Origin: a virus
Length of the DNA stretch: 64,000 nt
Virus record (IMG/VR): IMGVR_UViG_3300035698_022838
Location: 64,001 to 128,000 of that record
Direction: 5' to 3' (one strand)
Part shown: positions 59,643 through 64,000 of the stretch, piece by piece
How positions within the stretch are numbered: the first letter of the stretch is position 1
Layout: each line of letters begins with the position of its first letter
Notes under the pieces: model-generated
The model's database searches: none
The model's input: only the letters and a program-made list of their open reading frames with translations
Told to the model about the DNA's origin: nothing
Program-made: the position numbers and the translations under genes

Positions 59643-60125
59643 CTAACTTCCTACACCTTCTTGACCTAAAGATGTATTATTATATACCGTTGGTGAATTA
59701 TATACTCCACCAGGCAATTCATTGAACTTAAATTGTGAAATTATTTCTTGATGTCCCTTATCTCCCTTATCAACAAATTCTATGCTATTTGCTTTTAATT
59801 CAATTACTTCCTCTTTATCAGCTTTCTTTGAACTTACTTGGACAAAGTATTTATATGATTTACCATCAGTATTTTTAGCTCTTCTAACTATCATACCAGC
59901 AACCTTTTTATCTGAGTCCATAGGTTCACCTATAACAATATCACCAATCTGGTATTGTGAACCACTATTGGTTCTTTTTACATTTGGATCTGGTCCAACT
60001 GAAGTTCCTAGGTCTTTATATGGCTTATATTGGATTTTAAATATACCATTTGCTCCACCATACCCGTAGGTATCGCCAAAAGTACCAGCATCGAAAAATT
60101 CATTTATATGTTTAATGTGTTTCAC
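59643..60125 (-). CDS. Hypothetical protein (SH3/KOW-like core), probable internal head protein
   Basis: MKHIKHINEF; 'YQIGDIVIG'; GATAAATA at 60145-60152. Confidence 0.65.
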   Translation of the reverse strand: MKHIKHINEFFDAGTFGDTYGYGGANGIFKIQYKPYKDLGTSVGPDPNVKRTNSGSQYQIGDIVIGEPMDSDKKVAGMIVRRAKNTDGKSYKYFVQVSSKKADKEEVIELKANSIEFVDKGDKGHQEIISQFKFNELPGGVYNSPTVYNNTSLGQEGVGS

Positions 60126-60156
60126 AGAATAGTTTTCTTTTATCTATTTATCTAAT

Positions 60157-60678
60157 TTATTCCTCAATATTTGAGAGTTTTAGAATATCTCTTATTTTAG
60201 AGGCTATTTCATAGTCTTCTTTACCAAGAGCTTTTTCTAACATACATCTTAAAACTGTGACTTCTGATCCTTCATTGGTTTCTTCTGGAAGAGGTTCTGC
60301 ATTTATACTTGCGGCCATTCTTTGTGGTGCATAAATAACCTCTATACGAGATTCCATGCGAATATCTTCATCATTATATTCAGAATCAGTACCATCATCT
60401 AACCCAAGATCCCAATCTTGATTAAACCAAAATATCATCCATTGACCATAAACAAGTCTAGGCACATCATTATTAATAGCAAATTGGAGTAATATCTTAA
60501 GTTCATTCCTAACATCAGCTTTTGTTAACTTCTTGCTAAAAATCTTTCTTTTTAACCCTGGTATGGTCTCACTACCTTCACCAATACCAAATTTAAACGT
60601 TTTGTGTATTTCGTAGATTGAGTTCCAATCTAAATTGCGGAGTACTTTTGTTATAAGCTTCTGAAAACCCTTTCTCAT
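60157..60678 (-). CDS. Hypothetical protein with C-terminal UVR motif
   Basis: 'LRCMLEKALGKEDYEIASKIRDIL'; GATATATA at 60701-60708. Confidence 0.7.
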   Translation of the reverse strand: MRKGFQKLITKVLRNLDWNSIYEIHKTFKFGIGEGSETIPGLKRKIFSKKLTKADVRNELKILLQFAINNDVPRLVYGQWMIFWFNQDWDLGLDDGTDSEYNDEDIRMESRIEVIYAPQRMAASINAEPLPEETNEGSEVTVLRCMLEKALGKEDYEIASKIRDILKLSNIEE

Positions 60679-60710
60679 GTATTTGATATATGTTGTGGTC
60701 TATATATCTA

Positions 60711-61148
60711 TTACTTTGATATGGATCGTAACTGTTCACCGATGGATTTTATCCACTTTTGATATTCTTTAGGGTAGAAAGTTTTTAGCTCATTCATTTC
60801 ACGTTTAGATACCTCAAACCTTTCACATATAAACCTTTCAGTTGCTTCGTCTGGTGTATTTACTTTAGTCTTACCTTTAGTTTTGCTTTTGAGTGTTTTA
60901 GTGAATACCCAACCAGGTGTTCTTTGATATCCTTGTTTTTGTACCATAGGACTTAGGGCACTATGCCACCAATCAATTACAGGTCTGGGAGTAATTTTTA
61001 AATGATTGAATTGATTTGCTTGTAGTGGATATTGGATAGACATGATTCTATTAATCATAAAGAAATTACGAGTCTTATCATATTTAGATACCTTATTCCA
61101 TTCCTTATCGGATTTGAATATTTGTTTTATTACGTCGAAAAGTTCCAT
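60711..61148 (-). CDS. Clamp-loader small subunit-like protein (T4 gp62-like)
   Basis: 'MELFDVIK...NFFMINRIMS...ANQFN' resembles gp62; start at 61148 avoids overlap. Confidence 0.55.
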   Translation of the reverse strand: MELFDVIKQIFKSDKEWNKVSKYDKTRNFFMINRIMSIQYPLQANQFNHLKITPRPVIDWWHSALSPMVQKQGYQRTPGWVFTKTLKSKTKGKTKVNTPDEATERFICERFEVSKREMNELKTFYPKEYQKWIKSIGEQLRSISK

Positions 61149-61149
61149 A

Positions 61150-62286
61150 TTAAAAATTCTTAAATGGGTCAAATTGTTTAGGTGTTGCAACATTACCTGA
61201 TGTCCAAGGTGTATTTTCTATAATCTTAAACCTATCTAATGTTACTACTCTATCTTCTTTAGAAAGCCCTCTTTTTAGTTCCTCTATCACGTCATCTATT
61301 ACCCATCTAGGTATCACAGTTTTGTCTAACCACATTAATGTATAATTACGTAATAAATTTTGTATTAGTTTTTCTCTATTTTCAGTGCTGTCAATTGCTT
61401 TCAATACTCTTAGTGAAACCCCAGAAACCCACTTTAGAAACTCGTCATTCTTTATTAATTCAATAAAATCAACATCTCGCCAATCAGAATTATCCATAGC
61501 TTCCATGACTTTATCAGATTTTGATGGAGTCATTCTAGTAACTTTTTCCTTTTCTTTTATTACCTCAACAGATTCCCAAACACTAGGTACAGTATCCCCT
61601 TTATCCCCAAGTAGCATTTTCTCAAATATAAACGTTCGGTGATTAACTTCTTGTATAGTAAGATTATTTGAGAATTTTTTTAACTTCTCTCTGTCAAGAT
61701 CCATTACATCACCCATATTAAAAACACTAGCAACACTAGATTTATTAAGATATCTTTTCTCCCAATCCTTAGGTACAGTTAATAAATTATTTTTAGAATT
61801 ATTACTCCATACAACTGTCCAATTATCACCCTTCCATTTTGCTAACTGGTGTAAATCTCTATCACCAGTTATAATTATACAATCTTCACCTTTACTATTA
61901 AAGTAATCTGCCCAGAAATATAATAGATCATCACCCTCTGCACCATTTACTTTTGAATGTATGAATCCCATCGTTTCTAGGTGTTCAGTATATGACGAAA
62001 GTAAACTATAAAAGATCGACCAATCTCCTGTACGCTCACCGCTTTTATATCCGCCTTCTTCTATTTCAACATCCTTTCTCCAACTTTTGCTATCTGAGGT
62101 AAATATTGATCTTCCTCCTGTTGGTAATTTCTTAAGTGCAGCACATAAATCGGTGCTTATCTTTTGTATAAACAGTGATTGATCACCAGTAGTTTCCAAC
62201 ACCTCTGCTGGGTCTTTTCCATAGCCACCAAATACTCCAAAGGTCTTGTGAAAAATATAGTTCCCATCGCTGCACACATTTATCAT
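61150..62286 (-). CDS. rnh: 5'-3' exonuclease / T4 RNase H-like flap nuclease
   Basis: 'SDGNY', 'SWRK', 'GAEGDDL', 'ITGDRDLHQL', 'LLGDKGDTVP'; start MINVCSDG at 62286. Confidence 0.85.
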   Translation of the reverse strand: MINVCSDGNYIFHKTFGVFGGYGKDPAEVLETTGDQSLFIQKISTDLCAALKKLPTGGRSIFTSDSKSWRKDVEIEEGGYKSGERTGDWSIFYSLLSSYTEHLETMGFIHSKVNGAEGDDLLYFWADYFNSKGEDCIIITGDRDLHQLAKWKGDNWTVVWSNNSKNNLLTVPKDWEKRYLNKSSVASVFNMGDVMDLDREKLKKFSNNLTIQEVNHRTFIFEKMLLGDKGDTVPSVWESVEVIKEKEKVTRMTPSKSDKVMEAMDNSDWRDVDFIELIKNDEFLKWVSGVSLRVLKAIDSTENREKLIQNLLRNYTLMWLDKTVIPRWVIDDVIEELKRGLSKEDRVVTLDRFKIIENTPWTSGNVATPKQFDPFKNF

Positions 62287-62353
62287 AATTTTAAGTTTTA
62301 TCTCTTTGCAATTATTTATTCCACTATTATTCCTTCCAATTTTTATTAATCGT

Positions 62354-62863
62354 TTACTGTAAATAAATTTCACCACCAAATAAAGAAGCAAGTTTTACAA
62401 TCTTCACATCAAGTTCTTCTAATCCCTCTGCATTAGGAATTACAAAATCTGAATACTCCCAAATGTTTATATCAAAACTATCTTCCGGTTCTAATGGTTT
62501 TCTATAATCATACACACCAATAATTAAATCAAATATCTTTTGATCTTTACATGCATTTATTTCCCTACCAGACCGCATACCAACATACATATCGTTAATT
62601 TGCACCATTTCCTTAGCTAATCTAGCACCATCATCTTTGTTATATTCACAAATCATATCATGCCATTCAGCTCTATGGTTTGACCTATCCTCGTAGCATT
62701 CCTCAAATGATCCATAACCATAAACATGTTTCAATCTATTATAAATAAATATCCCTGCACATGCCATTGAACTTGAATTAAACGACAAACCATAATGTTT
62801 GCTTATCATTTCAGCTACTGTATCTTTACCATGTCTCCCATGACCTAAAATTAAAATTTTCAT
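62354..62863 (-). CDS. Deoxynucleoside monophosphate kinase-like protein
   Basis: 'ILILGHGRHGKDTVAE', 'GMRSGRE', 'SDFVIPN'. Confidence 0.75.
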   Translation of the reverse strand: MKILILGHGRHGKDTVAEMISKHYGLSFNSSSMACAGIFIYNRLKHVYGYGSFEECYEDRSNHRAEWHDMICEYNKDDGARLAKEMVQINDMYVGMRSGREINACKDQKIFDLIIGVYDYRKPLEPEDSFDINIWEYSDFVIPNAEGLEELDVKIVKLASLFGGEIYLQ

Positions 62864-62864
62864 A

Positions 62865-63161
62865 TTATTCAGGGTTTAATTGGGTTTCTTCAATCTCATC
62901 AAATCTTTCTTTTGCTTTTTCGAATGAGTGCATAGACCAAGCCCATTTACCAAAGTCCTCGTTACCTGGAAATATTTCTCTTTCGTTCAATTGAATACCA
63001 AAAAGAACTTTTGGTTTGTCAATTTTTCTTTTGAAAACCTCCCATGCCCATGTACGTCCATCCTCTTTATCTGTCTGCTCATAAATCATTGCTTTTTCCC
63101 CTCTTAAAGCAAGTTTATACAAAAATCCATTTTTGCTAATTTCTTTTTCGAGTAATTCCAT
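62865..63161 (-). CDS. Hypothetical protein
   Basis: 98 aa, TAATG-coupled to the clamp-loader gene. Confidence 0.7.
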   Translation of the reverse strand: MELLEKEISKNGFLYKLALRGEKAMIYEQTDKEDGRTWAWEVFKRKIDKPKVLFGIQLNEREIFPGNEDFGKWAWSMHSFEKAKERFDEIEETQLNPE

Positions 63162-64000
63162 TATGCTATTAGTTTTTGTAAATTAAACATTAAAGCTAAT
63201 AAACTGACAACCGGGTCTATCACTACTTGTCTTTGTGCTTGATGCTCAGCAACCAATACTGCTACAGCTGGTATAATCTTAGCATGGTCTGGTTTATTCT
63301 TGATTATCCAATTGATAAACTCGTCACCAAGTGCTGACATTACATCATCAACCTTTGATGAATATTGGCCAACTATAGTCTGATAATTAAGAATTGGATT
63401 TTTAGGACCAAACATCATCTTATATACATCTTCGTACGACCATCCGGAGTCGCGTACTCGAGAAATATCAATATTCTTTATACCTTCAATTACCCATGCT
63501 TGTATTCTATTTAAAGCAGATCTCATATCAGGAAAATATTCCTTCTGGAATTCAGCAATCGAGTCTTCATCTATAGTAATCCCAAGTTTACCAAGTATTA
63601 ATTTTACTCTATCACTCCAATCTTTCTTTAGTAGTTCTTCCTCTTCTGTTGTAATTGGATCAAAATTAATAACTTCAAATCTACTTTGAATTGCTTCAGG
63701 TACTTTATTAATCCAATTACAAGTAGCAATAAATCTTGTATTTCCTGCAAACTTCTCGATTGTACCTCTTAGGGCTTTATAAAACTGATCTGATGCACCA
63801 TCAAACTCATCTAGTACTACAACTTTCTTTGATGACTTACCATCCATGATGCTAACAGTTGAACAAAAGGCGTTTACCTTACTTCTTATCGTCTCTACTG
63901 AGCTTTCGTCTGATACGTTGATGAATATGTGGGGTAAATCATTTGATAAAATTTTGGATAGTGTAGTCTTGCCACAGCCAGGGGATCCTGCCAATAAGAT
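63161..64000 (-). CDS. gp44: Clamp loader large subunit (T4 gp44/RFC-like AAA+), 5' end beyond the window
   Basis: 'ILLAGSPGCGKTT', 'VVVLDEFD', 'ALRGTIE', 'RFIATCN', 'IQSRF', 'FPDMRSALN'; frame open to the window edge. Confidence 0.92.
   Translation of the reverse strand: MLLAGSPGCGKTTLSKILSNDLPHIFINVSDESSVETIRSKVNAFCSTVSIMDGKSSKKVVVLDEFDGASDQFYKALRGTIEKFAGNTRFIATCNWINKVPEAIQSRFEVINFDPITTEEEELLKKDWSDRVKLILGKLGITIDEDSIAEFQKEYFPDMRSALNRIQAWVIEGIKNIDISRVRDSGWSYEDVYKMMFGPKNPILNYQTIVGQYSSKVDDVMSALGDEFINWIIKNKPDHAKIIPAVAVLVAEHQAQRQVVIDPVVSLLALMFNLQKLIA

Noticed and set aside
1-64000. Stop-codon reassignment as in some huge phages
   Set aside because: Genes are intact and tightly packed under code 11; TAG ends genes at 33725, 53720 and 59643

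Overview
AT-rich, densely coded, almost entirely minus-strand segment of a jumbo myophage genome, distantly T4-like and read with the standard code (TAG acts as a stop). In transcription order (right to left) it contains: (1) replication/repair genes (clamp-loader subunits, dNMP kinase, RNase H-type 5'-3' exonuclease, a degenerate UV-damage endonuclease, 3'-5' exonuclease); (2) a head module (nucleotidyltransferase, prohead protease fused to a 14-aa-repeat scaffold, gp23-like major capsid protein); (3) a block of probable internal head proteins, interrupted by a kinase/asnB pair and a glycosyltransferase; (4) baseplate, neck and tail genes (gp53-, hub-, gp5-, gp13-, gp25-, gp6-like and large fibre/wedge proteins), interspersed with a ribosomal protein S1 homologue, an amidoligase-like gene, a homing-endonuclease-like gene and phoH. 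A-rich, mostly SD-less start regions and the S1 N-terminus suggest a Bacteroidota host (inference). Most notable signals: about 14 proteins share a motif resembling the T4 capsid-targeting/prohead-protease signal, implying a large packaged and possibly ejected proteome that includes cell-wall hydrolases and a nucleotidyltransferase; a GATATATA putative late promoter is in several places built into hairpins that occlude the downstream start codon; two paralogous repeat-protein genes are each flanked by degenerate duplications of their insertion site; and the UVDE homologue has lost its metal ligands. No tRNA, rRNA or CRISPR array was recognised. All functional calls come from motif recognition by eye; no database searches were run.
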